Shown here: positions 1 through 8,889 of the stretch, piece after piece | How positions within the stretch are numbered: position 1 is the stretch's first letter | How the letters are laid out: the number at the start of each line of letters is the position of its first letter | Assembly: GCF_036489515.1 (NCBI RefSeq) | Contig: NZ_DASXFO010000067.1 | Coordinates: 4,251-68,250, forward strand | Source: Acidocella sp. | GTDB taxonomy: Bacteria > Pseudomonadota > Alphaproteobacteria > Acetobacterales > Acetobacteraceae | DNA length: 64,000 nucleotides | Reading direction: 5' to 3' | The notes under the pieces: generated by a model | Seen by the model: the letters and a program-made list of their open reading frames with translations, nothing else | The model's database searches: none | What the model was told of the DNA's origin: nothing | Made by a program: the position numbers and the translations under genes

Positions 1-1
1 G

Positions 2-136
2 CGCGTGCTGCGCGAGGCGATGCTGCGCATCGGCGAGCGCCTGCCGCCGGTCCGCCACGCGATGGTGGCAAAGCTGATGGAGAAGACCACCAAGCCGCGC
101 GGGCCTCTCGGAGAGAGGAAAGCGGCCGCTTTTTAA
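2..136 (+). CDS. 3' end of an unidentified protein-coding gene (partial; 5' part lies outside the window)
   Basis: The frame is open from the window edge with strong G/C third-position bias. It ends ...GERKAAAF-TAA (134-136). The last codons and the stop lie inside repeat copy 1. Confidence 0.45.
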   Translation, partial: RVLREAMLRIGERLPPVRHAMVAKLMEKTTKPRGPLGERKAAAF

Positions 137-257
137 AAAAAGCGGCGCAAAAATTTTTGGTTATGCTGGGTCGTGGGCGTTGGCGCCGACGACGCCCATG
201 GCCCCAGGAGCAAAAAACTACTTTTTGTTCACAAAAAGTAGGCTTCCTCTTTGCTTG
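117..257 (+). repeat. Mosaic three-palindrome intergenic repeat, copy 1 (full length A-B-C)
   Basis: GA-rich left end, then module A GAAAGCGGCCGCTTTTTAAAAAAAGCGGCGC. Module B is the hairpin GCTGGGTCGTGGGCG...CGCCCATGGCCCCAG. Module C is CTACTTTTTG-TTCA-CAAAAAGTAG, followed by a CT-rich right end. Confidence 0.9.
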
Positions 258-313
258 TCACGGGCCGGCCAGCCACGCTTTTTTCGGCGCGGCATTGGTG
301 GCATAGTTTGGGA

Positions 314-2353
314 ATGAAATTTTATTCCCTCTACGCTCAGGGGTTTGCCCGCGTGGCCGCCTGCACCACCGAGACGGCGCTGGCGGACCCCGCCCGCAAT
401 GCCGAAGCCGTGCTGGCGGCTGCCCGTGACTGCCATGAGCGCGGCGTGGCAGTGGCGGTTTTCCCGGAACTGACATTGTCGGGCTATTCCATCGAGGATC
501 TGCTGCTCCAGGACACGGTTCTGGACGCGGTGGAAGATGTCATTGCTGTCTTGGTGGCGGCGTCAAAAGAGCTGTTGCCCGTGCTGGTCGTGGGCGCGCC
601 GTTGCGCCATGCCGGCCGGCTCTACAACACGGCGCTCGTCATCCATCGCGGGCGCGTCCTGGGCGTCGTTCCGAAATCCTATCTGCCGACCTATCGGGAG
701 TTTTACGAAGGGCGGCAAATCGCGGCCGGCGACGACCTTCGCGGAGACATCACCGTCGGGGGCCAGGCCGTCCCGTTCGGCAACAACCTCATTTTCGCCG
801 CCGAGGATGTGCGCGGCCTCGCGTTGCATGTGGAGATCTGCGAGGATTTCTGGGTCCCGGTGCCGCCGAGCGCGCTCGCTGCTTTGGCCGGGGCGACCAT
901 CCTCGCGAATCTCTCCGGCAGCCCGATTACGATCGGTCGTGCCGAGAGCCGGCGGTTATTGGCGCAATCGGCCTCCATGCGCTGCCTCGCGGCCTATATC
1001 TACGCCGCGGCGGGCGCCGGGGAGAGCACGACGGAAGTCGCCTGGGATGGCCAGGTGATGATTTACGAAAACGGGGTCTGCCTGGCCGAGGCGGAACGTT
1101 TCCCCGAAGCGGGGCAATCGGTCATCGCCGATATCGACCTGGATCTGCTCCGCCAGGAACGGATGCGGATGGGGACCTTCGATGACAATCGCCGGACCCA
1201 TGTGGCGGCGGATGCGTTCCGCACCATCTCGTTCCGGCTGGCCCCGCCGATGGGCAATCTCGGTCTGCAACGCCGCGTCGAGCGCTTTCCCTTCGTGCCC
1301 TCCGACCCCGCGCGGCTGGAACAGGATTGCTTTGAGGCCTACAACATCCAGGTTTCCGGTCTGGTCCAAAGGCTCCGCGCGACCGGCCTCAAGCATGTGG
1401 TTCTGGGCATTTCCGGCGGCCTTGATTCAACCCATGCCTTGATCGTCGCGGCCCGCGCCATGGATCGGCTGGGCCTGCCGCGGCGCAATATTCTCACCTA
1501 CACCATGCCGGGCTTTGCCACCGGCGAAGACACCAAGGCCAATGCCTGGCGCCTGATGACCAGCCTCGGCACCAGCGCCAGCGAACTCGACATCCGCCCC
1601 GCCGCGCGGCAGATGCTGGCCGATCTCGGTCATCCTTTCGGTCAGGGGGAGCCGGTTTACGACATCACCTTCGAGAACGTGCAGGCGGGATTGCGGACCG
1701 ACTATCTGTTCCGCCTCGCCAACCAGAACAATGCCTTCGTCATCGGCACTGGCGACCTCTCCGAACTCGCACTCGGCTGGTGCACCTATGGCGTCGGCGA
1801 CCAGATGTCGCATTACGCCGTCAATGCCGGCGTCCCGAAAACGCTGATCCAGCATTTGATTCGCTGGGTGGCGCGCTCCGGTGGGTTCGGCGATGCGGTC
1901 GGCGCCACGCTCGAAGCGATTCTGGACACGGAAATTTCCCCCGAGCTCGTCCCGGTCGAGGCCGGCGCCACGCTGCAGAGCACGGAAGCGAAAATCGGCC
2001 CTTATGCGCTGCAGGATTTCAATTTGTACTACACGCTGCGCCACGGTTTCCGGCCTTCGAAAATCGCCTTTCTGGCTTTGCATGCCTGGGGCGACGTACA
2101 GGCCGGGGCCTGGCCGGCCCATTTTCCCGAAACGCGGCGGACGCAATACAGCCTTGGCGAGATCCGGAAATGGCTGGAGCTTTTCCTGCGGCGGTTCTTC
2201 GCCTTCAGCCAGTTCAAGCGCTCCGCCATGCCGAATGGCCCCAAAGTGGTTGCCGGCGGCTCGCTCTCCCCACGCGGCGACTGGCGCGCGCCTTCCGACG
2301 GCAACGCCACGGCCTGGCTCGATGAGTTGGCGCGCAACGTGCCGAAGGCGTAA
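314..2353 (+). CDS. nadE: Glutamine-dependent NAD+ synthetase (long form)
   Basis: N-terminal nitrilase-type glutaminase domain ([16 protein letters not shown] Cys motif). C-terminal NAD synthetase domain with PP-loop ISGGLDST. I chose the ATG at 314 because the upstream start at 251 lies in repeat sequence. Confidence 0.9.
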   Translation: MKFYSLYAQGFARVAACTTETALADPARNAEAVLAAARDCHERGVAVAVFPELTLSGYSIEDLLLQDTVLDAVEDVIAVLVAASKELLPVLVVGAPLRHAGRLYNTALVIHRGRVLGVVPKSYLPTYREFYEGRQIAAGDDLRGDITVGGQAVPFGNNLIFAAEDVRGLALHVEICEDFWVPVPPSALAALAGATILANLSGSPITIGRAESRRLLAQSASMRCLAAYIYAAAGAGESTTEVAWDGQVMIYENGVCLAEAERFPEAGQSVIADIDLDLLRQERMRMGTFDDNRRTHVAADAFRTISFRLAPPMGNLGLQRRVERFPFVPSDPARLEQDCFEAYNIQVSGLVQRLRATGLKHVVLGISGGLDSTHALIVAARAMDRLGLPRRNILTYTMPGFATGEDTKANAWRLMTSLGTSASELDIRPAARQMLADLGHPFGQGEPVYDITFENVQAGLRTDYLFRLANQNNAFVIGTGDLSELALGWCTYGVGDQMSHYAVNAGVPKTLIQHLIRWVARSGGFGDAVGATLEAILDTEISPELVPVEAGATLQSTEAKIGPYALQDFNLYYTLRHGFRPSKIAFLALHAWGDVQAGAWPAHFPETRRTQYSLGEIRKWLELFLRRFFAFSQFKRSAMPNGPKVVAGGSLSPRGDWRAPSDGNATAWLDELARNVPKA

Positions 2354-2397
2354 AGCGGCCGCTTTTTTGTTCACAAAAAGAAGCCTTCCCCTTCACT
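2352..2397 (+). repeat. Mosaic repeat, copy 2 (internal-deletion derivative: left half of A fused to right half of C)
   Basis: AAAGCGGCCGCTTTTTTGTTCACAAAAAGAAGCCTTCCCCTTCACT. The junction falls in the shared T-run. It lies between convergent nadE and the small minus-strand gene. Confidence 0.8.
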
Positions 2398-2430
2398 AAA
2401 ACGGCCCGGGGCGGCGCACCGTCCCGGGCT
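2397..2430 (-). terminator. Candidate intrinsic terminator of the small minus-strand gene
   Basis: On the minus strand, GCCCGGG-12 nt-CCCGGGC is followed by CGTTTTAG, about 20 nt after the stop at 2448. Confidence 0.45.
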
Positions 2431-2447
2431 TTGAGAAGGCGCCGGGT

Positions 2448-2645
2448 TCAGGAGCTCTTGGGGCCCTGATGGCCGGGTTTCCCGTGTTGCTCCTGACCAC
2501 CGCGCGTGCCAGGGGCGGTTTTTTCACGGTCGGCTTCGTTGCTCGCCGATTTTCCCGGAGGGTTGCTCGCCGGCTTGCGGCCCTGCTCGCCTGCTTTCCC
2601 TTGCTGTTCGTGAGAACGGCCGGGAGGTCCGCCCGTATTGGCCAT
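2448..2645 (-). CDS. Small hydrophilic Gly/Pro/Lys/Gln-rich protein (65 aa), function unknown
   Basis: The ATG is preceded by AAGAGGAGAGAAAC (strong SD about 6 nt upstream), and a terminator-like hairpin lies downstream. The low-complexity sequence resembles small stress-induced proteins, but I could not assign a family. Confidence 0.55.
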   Translation of the reverse strand: MANTGGPPGRSHEQQGKAGEQGRKPASNPPGKSASNEADREKTAPGTRGGQEQHGKPGHQGPKSS

Positions 2646-2761
2646 GTTTCTCTCCTCTTGATTGTTTTGAAAGACGCCATTTTTGGCTCAGTTGATATAC
2701 GCCATCCACAGGCGTCGTTTTCTCATTATTTGTTTAATTGGAATTCATCATGGTGGATGGA

Positions 2762-2866
2762 GGAAAGCGGCCGCTTTTTGAAAAAAGCGGCGCAAAAACT
2801 CCTTGTCCTCTGGGCCTGAGGCTGTGAAACCAGCACGGCTCCAAAGAAGCCTTCCTTATCTTACCT
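2762..2866 (+). repeat. Mosaic repeat, copy 3 (module A + alternative module B' + right terminus; no B or C hairpins)
   Basis: GGAAAGCGGCCGCTTTTTGAAAAAAGCGGCGCAAAAA, then CCTCTGGGCCTGAGGCTGTGAAACCAGCACGGCTCCAAAGAAGCCTTCC. The B' core GAAACCAGCACGGC recurs inverted at 28212-28262. Confidence 0.7.
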
Positions 2867-2948
2867 AACCGACACATGACGTTACGGAAATGTGGTGCGG
2901 TATCCGGCATTTCCGATCTAAACTCGTGCCAGATATGGAGCGTCGAAT

Positions 2949-4061
2949 ATGACCGCAGTCCGATTGCTGGTTGGCACCCGCAAAGGGGCGTTCATTCTCT
3001 CAAGCGACGATCGCGAGCGCTGGTCGGTCGCCGGTCCGTATTTTCCCGGTTGGGAGATTTTTCATCTCAAAGGATCGCCGATCAATCCGGATCGGATCTA
3101 TGCCTCCCAAAGTTCCGGCTGGTTCGGCCAGGTGATGCAACGTTCCGAGGATGGCGGTCAGACCTGGTCCGTGATCGACAATCGTTTTGCCTATGAGGGC
3201 GTGCCTGGAACCCACCAATGGTATGACGGCACGCCTCATCCCTGGGAGTTCCGGCGCGTCTGGCATATCGAGCCGTCTCTCTTCAGCGCCGATACGCTTT
3301 ATGCCGGTGTGGAAGATGCCGCCTTGTTCCAATCCGAGGATTCGGGCCAGTCCTGGCAGGAGGTTTCGGGCCTGCGGCGCCAGGATACAGGCCCGAACTG
3401 GATGCCAGGCGCTGGCGGCATGTGTCTGCACACGATCTTGCTGCACCCGACCGATCCGGCGCGGATTTTAGTCGCCATTTCGGCCGCGGGCGCGTTTCGG
3501 AGCGACGATGCCGGCCGGCGCTGGAAGCCGATCAATCACGGCTTGAATTCATCCCATCTGCCCGACCCGACCGCGGAGATCGGCCATTGCGTTCACCATA
3601 TCGCCATGCACCCATCCCGCCCGGACACGCTGTTCATGCAGAAACATTGGGATGTGATGCGGTCGGACGATGCGGGGGAGAACTGGCGGGAGATCAGCGG
3701 CGATCTGCCGACGGATTTCGGTTTCGTCATTGACGTTCATCCCCATGAGCCCGAAACGCTATACGTCGTACCGATCAAGAGCGATGCGGAGCATTTTCCC
3801 CCGGACGGAAAGCTGTGCGTGTATCGGAGCCGGAGCGGTGGTCATGAGTGGGAGCCGTTGACAGAGGGCCTCCCGCAACGGGATTGCTACGTCAATGTGC
3901 TGCGCGACGCCATGTCGGTCGATCGGCTGGATCCGGGCGGGGTGTATTTCGGCACGACGGGCGGGCAGATCTATGCCTCCGCGGATTCCGGCGACCATTG
4001 GCGCGCCATCGTCCGGGACCTGCCGGCGATCTTGTCGGTCGAGGCCCAGACGCTGCCATGA
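2949..4061 (+). CDS. BNR/Asp-box repeat beta-propeller protein (often annotated sialidase-like or Ycf48-like); cytoplasmic, function unknown
   Basis: Six Asp-box motifs (S-x-D-x-G-x-x-W): [48 protein letters not shown]. No signal peptide. Confidence 0.8.
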   Translation: MTAVRLLVGTRKGAFILSSDDRERWSVAGPYFPGWEIFHLKGSPINPDRIYASQSSGWFGQVMQRSEDGGQTWSVIDNRFAYEGVPGTHQWYDGTPHPWEFRRVWHIEPSLFSADTLYAGVEDAALFQSEDSGQSWQEVSGLRRQDTGPNWMPGAGGMCLHTILLHPTDPARILVAISAAGAFRSDDAGRRWKPINHGLNSSHLPDPTAEIGHCVHHIAMHPSRPDTLFMQKHWDVMRSDDAGENWREISGDLPTDFGFVIDVHPHEPETLYVVPIKSDAEHFPPDGKLCVYRSRSGGHEWEPLTEGLPQRDCYVNVLRDAMSVDRLDPGGVYFGTTGGQIYASADSGDHWRAIVRDLPAILSVEAQTLP

Positions 4062-4369
4062 CCGCCACGATCCACGTGGAATTGCCCGCAAGCCTGCGGC
4101 AACTGGCGCAACTCAGTTTTGACACGGAGATCGACCTTGCCGTCATCGGCACGGCCAGTATTGGTGCCGTTCTCGAGAGTCTGGAGGCGCGCTATCCGGC
4201 GCTACGAGGCACAATGCGCGACCAGGACAGTAAGCGGCGGCGGCCCTTTATCCGTTTTTTCGCGTGCCAGAAGGATGTCTCGCATCAGGCTGCGGACGCG
4301 CCGCTCCCGCGTGCGGTCGCTGAAGGACGCGAACCATTCATCATCATCGGCGCCATCGCGGGAGGATGA
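4058..4369 (+). CDS. MoaD/ThiS-family ubiquitin-like small protein ending in Gly-Gly
   Basis: 103 aa, C-terminus ...GAIAGG-stop. The ATG overlaps the upstream stop (ATGA at 4058-4061). Confidence 0.7.
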   Translation: MTATIHVELPASLRQLAQLSFDTEIDLAVIGTASIGAVLESLEARYPALRGTMRDQDSKRRRPFIRFFACQKDVSHQAADAPLPRAVAEGREPFIIIGAIAGG

Positions 4370-4376
4370 AGCGGTA

Positions 4377-4522
4377 GGAAAGCAGCCGCTTTTTAAAAAA
4401 AGCGGCGCAAAAATTTTGCTCCGCTGGGTCACGGGCGTTGTCAGCGACAAGCCCGTGACCCAGCATCAATAAAGCTTTTTTTGCTTCTTTTTGTTCACAA
4501 AAAGAAGCCTTCCCCTTTTCTT
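4377..4522 (+). repeat. Mosaic repeat, copy 4 (full length)
   Basis: A-B-C architecture. The B stem is GGGTCACGGGC/GCCCGTGACCC and the C stem is GCTTCTTTTTG/CAAAAAGAAGC, both compensated variants. Confidence 0.9.
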
Positions 4523-4544
4523 GTCTGAGCGATATGGCAAACCA

Positions 4545-5198
4545 ATGCCCTGGACACGCGAACAGATGGCCGCGCGTGCGGCCCAAGAATTGAATGACGG
4601 CGACTACGTCAATCTGGGGATCGGCATCCCGACCCTGGTTGCCAATTACATACCGGACCATGTCGCGGTGACCTTGCAGAGCGAAAACGGCATGCTGGGG
4701 ATGGGCCCGTTTCCTGATCCGGCCGACGTCGATCCCGATCTCACCAACGCCGGAAAACAGACGATTTCTGCTCTTCCCACCTCGTCGTTCTTTTCCTCCG
4801 CCGAGAGTTTCGCCATGATTCGCGGCGGCCATATCGACCTTGCGATTCTCGGGGCGATGGAGGTTTCCGTAAAGGGCGATCTCGCGAACTGGGCCGTGCC
4901 TGGAAAATTCGTAAAAGGCATGGGGGGCGCGATGGATCTCGTCGCCGGGGTCAAACGCATCGTCGTGGTGATGGAACATACCTCGAGAGACGGCCACTCC
5001 AAGATCGTCGAAGAATGCAGCCTGCCACTGACCGGTGCGGGTGTGGTAGACTTGATCGTCACGGATCTCTGTGTGCTGGCCTGTGACAAGGTGAAGGGCG
5101 GTTTGACGCTGCGCGAGCTGGCACCGGGTGTGAGCCTTGATGAGGTAAGGCAGAAGACCGAAGCTGCCTTCAGGATAGAGGAAGCAGCCGCTTTTTGA
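4545..5198 (+). CDS. scoB: 3-oxoacid CoA-transferase, subunit B (no adjacent subunit A)
   Basis: N-terminus [16 protein letters not shown], catalytic-Glu motif LQSENG, and [15 protein letters not shown]. The last codons ...EEAAAF-TGA lie in repeat copy 5. Confidence 0.85.
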   Translation: MPWTREQMAARAAQELNDGDYVNLGIGIPTLVANYIPDHVAVTLQSENGMLGMGPFPDPADVDPDLTNAGKQTISALPTSSFFSSAESFAMIRGGHIDLAILGAMEVSVKGDLANWAVPGKFVKGMGGAMDLVAGVKRIVVVMEHTSRDGHSKIVEECSLPLTGAGVVDLIVTDLCVLACDKVKGGLTLRELAPGVSLDEVRQKTEAAFRIEEAAAF

Positions 5199-5322
5199 AA
5201 AAAGCGGCGCAAAAACTTTTACTATGCTGGGCCACGGGCGTTGTCCCCGACAAAGCCCATGGCCCAAATTAATAAAGTTTTTTTGCTACTTTTTGTTCAC
5301 AAAAAGTAGCCTTCTCTTACTC
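5180..5322 (+). repeat. Mosaic repeat, copy 5 (full length)
   Basis: A-B-C architecture. It fills the whole gap between convergent scoB and the ABC ATPase gene. Confidence 0.9.
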
Positions 5323-5323
5323 T

Positions 5324-6061
5324 CTACAGAATCTGACTAAGAAATGCCTGCGTTCGCGGATCGCGCGGGGCGGAAAAAAACTGCGCCGGCGGGGCGTGCT
5401 CGACGATCACGCCCCGATCCGTGAAATAGACCTCGTTTGCGACCTCGCGGGCGAAGCCCATTTCGTGGGTCACCAGGATGCAGGTCATGCCTTCTTCGGC
5501 GAGCTGGCGGATGGTCAGCAGAACTTCACCGACGGTTTCCGGATCGAGTGCGGCGGTTACTTCGTCGAAGAGCATCAGATCCGGCTTCATTGCGAGTGAC
5601 CGCGCGATGGCGACACGCTGTTGCTGCCCGCCGGAAAGCTCGCCCGGGTAGGCATGTTCCTTGCCCTCGAGACGAACTTTCTTGAGCAAGGCGTAGGCTT
5701 CCGCTTCGACCTCTTTTTTGGGACGCTTCAGCACCTGGATTGGCGCCATCATCACGTTCTGCAGCGCGGTTCGGTGCGGAAACAGATTGTACTGCTGGAA
5801 TACCATGCCGACATGCTTGCGCAGCTTCAGCTTGTCGAGCTTAGGGTCGTTCACCTCGATGCCCAACACCTTGATCGAGCCGATTTCGAACGGCACCAAC
5901 GCGTTGACGCAGCGGATCAAGGTCGATTTTCCGGATCCCGACGGGCCGATAATGCAGGCGACGTCGCCCTTCGAAACAGCAAGACTAACGCCCTTGATGA
6001 CTTCGACATGGCCGAATGATTTGTGCAGATTGTCGATGACGACGAGTGGTTCGGTGGTCAT
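5324..6061 (-). CDS. Polar amino-acid ABC transporter, ATP-binding protein
   Basis: Walker A GPSGSGKST, signature LSGGQQQRV, Walker B LMLFDE. The ATG at 6061 lies just after the upstream stop. Confidence 0.9.
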   Translation of the reverse strand: MTTEPLVVIDNLHKSFGHVEVIKGVSLAVSKGDVACIIGPSGSGKSTLIRCVNALVPFEIGSIKVLGIEVNDPKLDKLKLRKHVGMVFQQYNLFPHRTALQNVMMAPIQVLKRPKKEVEAEAYALLKKVRLEGKEHAYPGELSGGQQQRVAIARSLAMKPDLMLFDEVTAALDPETVGEVLLTIRQLAEEGMTCILVTHEMGFAREVANEVYFTDRGVIVEHAPPAQFFSAPRDPRTQAFLSQIL

Positions 6062-6062
6062 G

Positions 6063-6911
6063 TCAGTTCCGTACCTGATAGCGGCGTTCAAGGCGTTGGG
6101 TCGCCCATGCGATGGGATAGGTATAGATGAAGAACATCAGCAAGACATAGGCGTAGATGGGCGCCAGCAGGTTGGGCCGGCTGCCTTCCGCCGCCAGGAC
6201 CTGGCCGGCCAGCGTCACCACCTCGTTCACGCCGACGATCGAGGCGAGTGTCGTCGAGGTGGTGAGGATGGCGTAAAGGTTCATCCACGGCGGCAGCATG
6301 CGTTTCACGCTCTGCGGCAGGATGATCAGCCATAGTTGCTGTCGCCTCGTGAAGCCGAGTGATTCGGCGGCTTCCCATTGGCCGGGAGGGATCGAGAGCA
6401 CCCCGCCGCGCACGATCTCCGCGACGTTGGCCATGACCGGTAGAGCGAGGCCGATCACCGCCTTCAGCCAGCCCGGGAGGCTGATGGTGTGCGACCCGAC
6501 ATGGATCTGGAAGGGCAGCAGAAAGATCATGAAAAACAGCAGGACCAGCCAGGGGGCATTGCGGAAGAACTGGGTCAGCAGCCAGGACATCGCGCGGGTC
6601 GGCCGGGATGGTGTGATCAGTCCGAGGCCGAGAAACGCCCCCAGGACCGTTCCGATGGCCATGGAGAGGAAGCTGATGAGTATGTTCAGCCCGAAACCGC
6701 GCAACAGCAGGGGGGTCCAGTTTGCGAGGACGGCCAGCACGCCGGCCTGCGTGGCCTGTCCCGTTGCGGCATCGGCGGCAGCCGACGAGAAGAGGATAAT
6801 GGCCGCCAACACGATGCCATGCCAGGGGGCCAGCCGTAGCGTCGGCAGACCGCCCGGCTGGCGTTGCAAAGTCGCATTCAGTGGCAGGATGACGGGAAAT
6901 TTCGCGCTCAT
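6063..6911 (-). CDS. Amino-acid ABC transporter permease
   Basis: Multi-TM protein with EAA-loop EAAESLGFTRRQ. The start overlaps the upstream stop (ATGA). Confidence 0.85.
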   Translation of the reverse strand: MSAKFPVILPLNATLQRQPGGLPTLRLAPWHGIVLAAIILFSSAAADAATGQATQAGVLAVLANWTPLLLRGFGLNILISFLSMAIGTVLGAFLGLGLITPSRPTRAMSWLLTQFFRNAPWLVLLFFMIFLLPFQIHVGSHTISLPGWLKAVIGLALPVMANVAEIVRGGVLSIPPGQWEAAESLGFTRRQQLWLIILPQSVKRMLPPWMNLYAILTTSTTLASIVGVNEVVTLAGQVLAAEGSRPNLLAPIYAYVLLMFFIYTYPIAWATQRLERRYQVRN

Positions 6912-7663
6912 GTTCCGAGACCCGGTCGACGCAAGGCGCGCTCCCATGCGTGCATCGCGAAAACCAGAATGCCCACCAAGGCGATATAGATCACGAACAG
7001 GACGAGCATCATCTCGGGCACATTCTCATTGTCCGACCAGATCTGGTTGGACACATAGAGAAGTTCGGGAACGGCGATGGCATAAGCGAGCGTCGTGGTC
7101 TTGACCAGATTGACGAGGTTGTTGGTGAGTGCTGGCAGGCAGATGCGCAAAGCGAGTGGCAATGTCACCTGAATGTAAGTCTGCAGCCGCGTAAAGCCGA
7201 GTGATTCGGCCGCCTCGGTCGTGGCGGTCGGAATCGCCTCGATGCCGGAGCGAAAAATTTCCACATTGAACGATCCGGCAAAGCAGATCAGCGACAGGCA
7301 GGCCCAGGCGAAACCGTTGATCAGCGGCTCCTCGAAGCCCACGCCGTTTCTCATTTTGGGGAGTAGCGCGCTTAACCCGAAATAGAAAAAATACATTTGC
7401 ACAAGCGGGGGCGTGTTGCGGAACAGCTGGATGTAGCCCTCAACGAGCCACCGTATCCATCCTTGCCGCGACATCTGTCCCCAGGCGCCGACGATGCCCA
7501 GCAGCACTGAGCCGACGATGGTGACGCCGGACAGCTCCAGCGTCACCCAAAACCCATTCAGAAACCGCGCGCGATCGTAGGGATCATAGAAAATCGTGAA
7601 GTTGACGCCGGTAGTGTCGTTAAGATGCGAAAACCAGTTAGCGATGGCGAGACCCGGCGTCAC
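6908..7663 (-). CDS. Amino-acid ABC transporter permease
   Basis: Multi-TM protein with EAA-loop EAAESLGFTRLQ. GTG start with AAGGA upstream. Confidence 0.85.
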   Translation of the reverse strand: MTPGLAIANWFSHLNDTTGVNFTIFYDPYDRARFLNGFWVTLELSGVTIVGSVLLGIVGAWGQMSRQGWIRWLVEGYIQLFRNTPPLVQMYFFYFGLSALLPKMRNGVGFEEPLINGFAWACLSLICFAGSFNVEIFRSGIEAIPTATTEAAESLGFTRLQTYIQVTLPLALRICLPALTNNLVNLVKTTTLAYAIAVPELLYVSNQIWSDNENVPEMMLVLFVIYIALVGILVFAMHAWERALRRPGLGT

Positions 7664-7684
7664 TCTCTTTTCCTTCGAGACGCG

Positions 7685-8497
7685 TTAGGATTTGTATTTG
7701 TCGTGCTGTTGCACGGCATAGGCAGAGTGGGGGATCCCATACTTCGTTTCTAGGGAGAGGATATATCCGGTCTTTTCCCAATCCTCGCTTGCCTTGGAAA
7801 CGAAAGCGGCGAAAGCGGGCTCGCCGTTCTTGACGGCCATGCCCCAGGGCACCGCGCCGAGAGTGGGCAGCGGCATATCATAGGCTTTCCAGGTCGGATC
7901 CGTCAGTTTTCCTGCGATCGCAGTGTCATCGTAGAGGAACGCGTTGCAGCGGCCTTGTTGCAGGGCGGTCAGAGCTTCGGCCACGCCGGTGAAGGCGACC
8001 AGCTCAGCGCCATATTTCTCGCCGACGTCCTTGTTGTAGAAGGAACCTTGAATGGCGCAGACCGGCATCCCTTTCAGAGCGTCCCAGCTCGTTAGTTTCA
8101 CGGTCTTCGGGACCATCACGTTATAGCCGGACGCGTAGTAGTTAGGGTGAATGATATCGACGATTTTTTCTCGTTCCGGCGTATCGTTCATCGTCGCGAT
8201 CAGCAGATTGATTTTGCCTTGCTGCAGGAACTGGATTCGATTCGCTGCGACCACGGGGACGAATTGCACTTTCACGCCGAGACGCTGCGCCAGATTGCGC
8301 GCGAGGTCGGGTTCGATGCCGATGCTCGCCCCGGTCGGGCTCAGATAGCCGAACGGCGGATAGTCGGCTTTAACTCCCACCACCAGGACACCGCTGGACT
8401 TGATGTCCTGAAGTTCATCGGCCCGCGCCATGTTTGGCCCGAAGACGACCATCGCGCCAACCAGCAATCCCAGACAAGCCACTTTGTTTTGAATCAT
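7685..8497 (-). CDS. Amino-acid ABC transporter substrate-binding protein (family 3)
   Basis: N-terminal signal peptide (...FGPNMARA) and a periplasmic-binding fold sequence pattern. It is the first gene of the minus-strand ABC operon. Confidence 0.85.
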   Translation of the reverse strand: MIQNKVACLGLLVGAMVVFGPNMARADELQDIKSSGVLVVGVKADYPPFGYLSPTGASIGIEPDLARNLAQRLGVKVQFVPVVAANRIQFLQQGKINLLIATMNDTPEREKIVDIIHPNYYASGYNVMVPKTVKLTSWDALKGMPVCAIQGSFYNKDVGEKYGAELVAFTGVAEALTALQQGRCNAFLYDDTAIAGKLTDPTWKAYDMPLPTLGAVPWGMAVKNGEPAFAAFVSKASEDWEKTGYILSLETKYGIPHSAYAVQQHDKYKS

Positions 8498-8889
8498 AGG
8501 CCACCCTCCCTTATGAACACCCCTGAAATGATGGGGTCGACGACGACGTAAGGCTTTCGACTCTCATGATTCCATGGTGCCTAGTTTGGCGGCGTGTGGC
8601 AAGGATTGCCTTCATAACGCCCACCAAAAACAAAATTTTGAGACGATTACTCGAAAAAGTACGAAATTATCGTTATTTTCGGTTGTTGTGAGACGGAGTA
8701 GAAACGAAAAAACCATCCGTGCTCAATATTTAAGCGCCCGCACGGGAGGCATTCTGGCACCTACGGGGCGAGGTAAAGTGCCGTGGACATGGGTGGTAGC
8801 CGTACGTTTGGTTCCTAGATATGCAGCGTCGGGTTCGCGCGGGCAAAGTGCCCGTGCGAGCCCATGACTTTGTGAGTGAAGGAATTGCA

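Noticed and set aside
119-150. Module A, or hairpins B and C, acting as canonical Rho-independent terminators.
   Set aside because: In A the T-run lies inside the palindrome rather than after a closed stem. For B the U-runs are about 8-10 nt away from the stem. C is followed by CUUCCCC in one direction and by an A-run in the other. A terminator function therefore remains a hypothesis and is not a feature call.
2396-2680. A 94-aa ORF overlapping the 65-aa small gene in another frame.
   Set aside because: The 65-aa frame has a strong SD placed correctly before its ATG. The 94-aa frame has none, and its translation is Arg/Ala-rich, as in shadow ORFs.
2807-2855. Possible derivation of the alternative module B' from an SDR gene 3' end. 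GAAACCAGCACGGC resembles AAACCAGCACGCC at 33841-33853.
   Set aside because: The match is only about 13 nt and includes an indel, so it could easily be chance.
8755-8770. A sigma-54-like motif, TGGCAC-CTACG-GGGC, upstream of the SDR gene.
   Set aside because: The GG-N10-GC spacing fits, but the -12 box (GGGC) departs from TTGC. There is no supporting context, so I left it unannotated.
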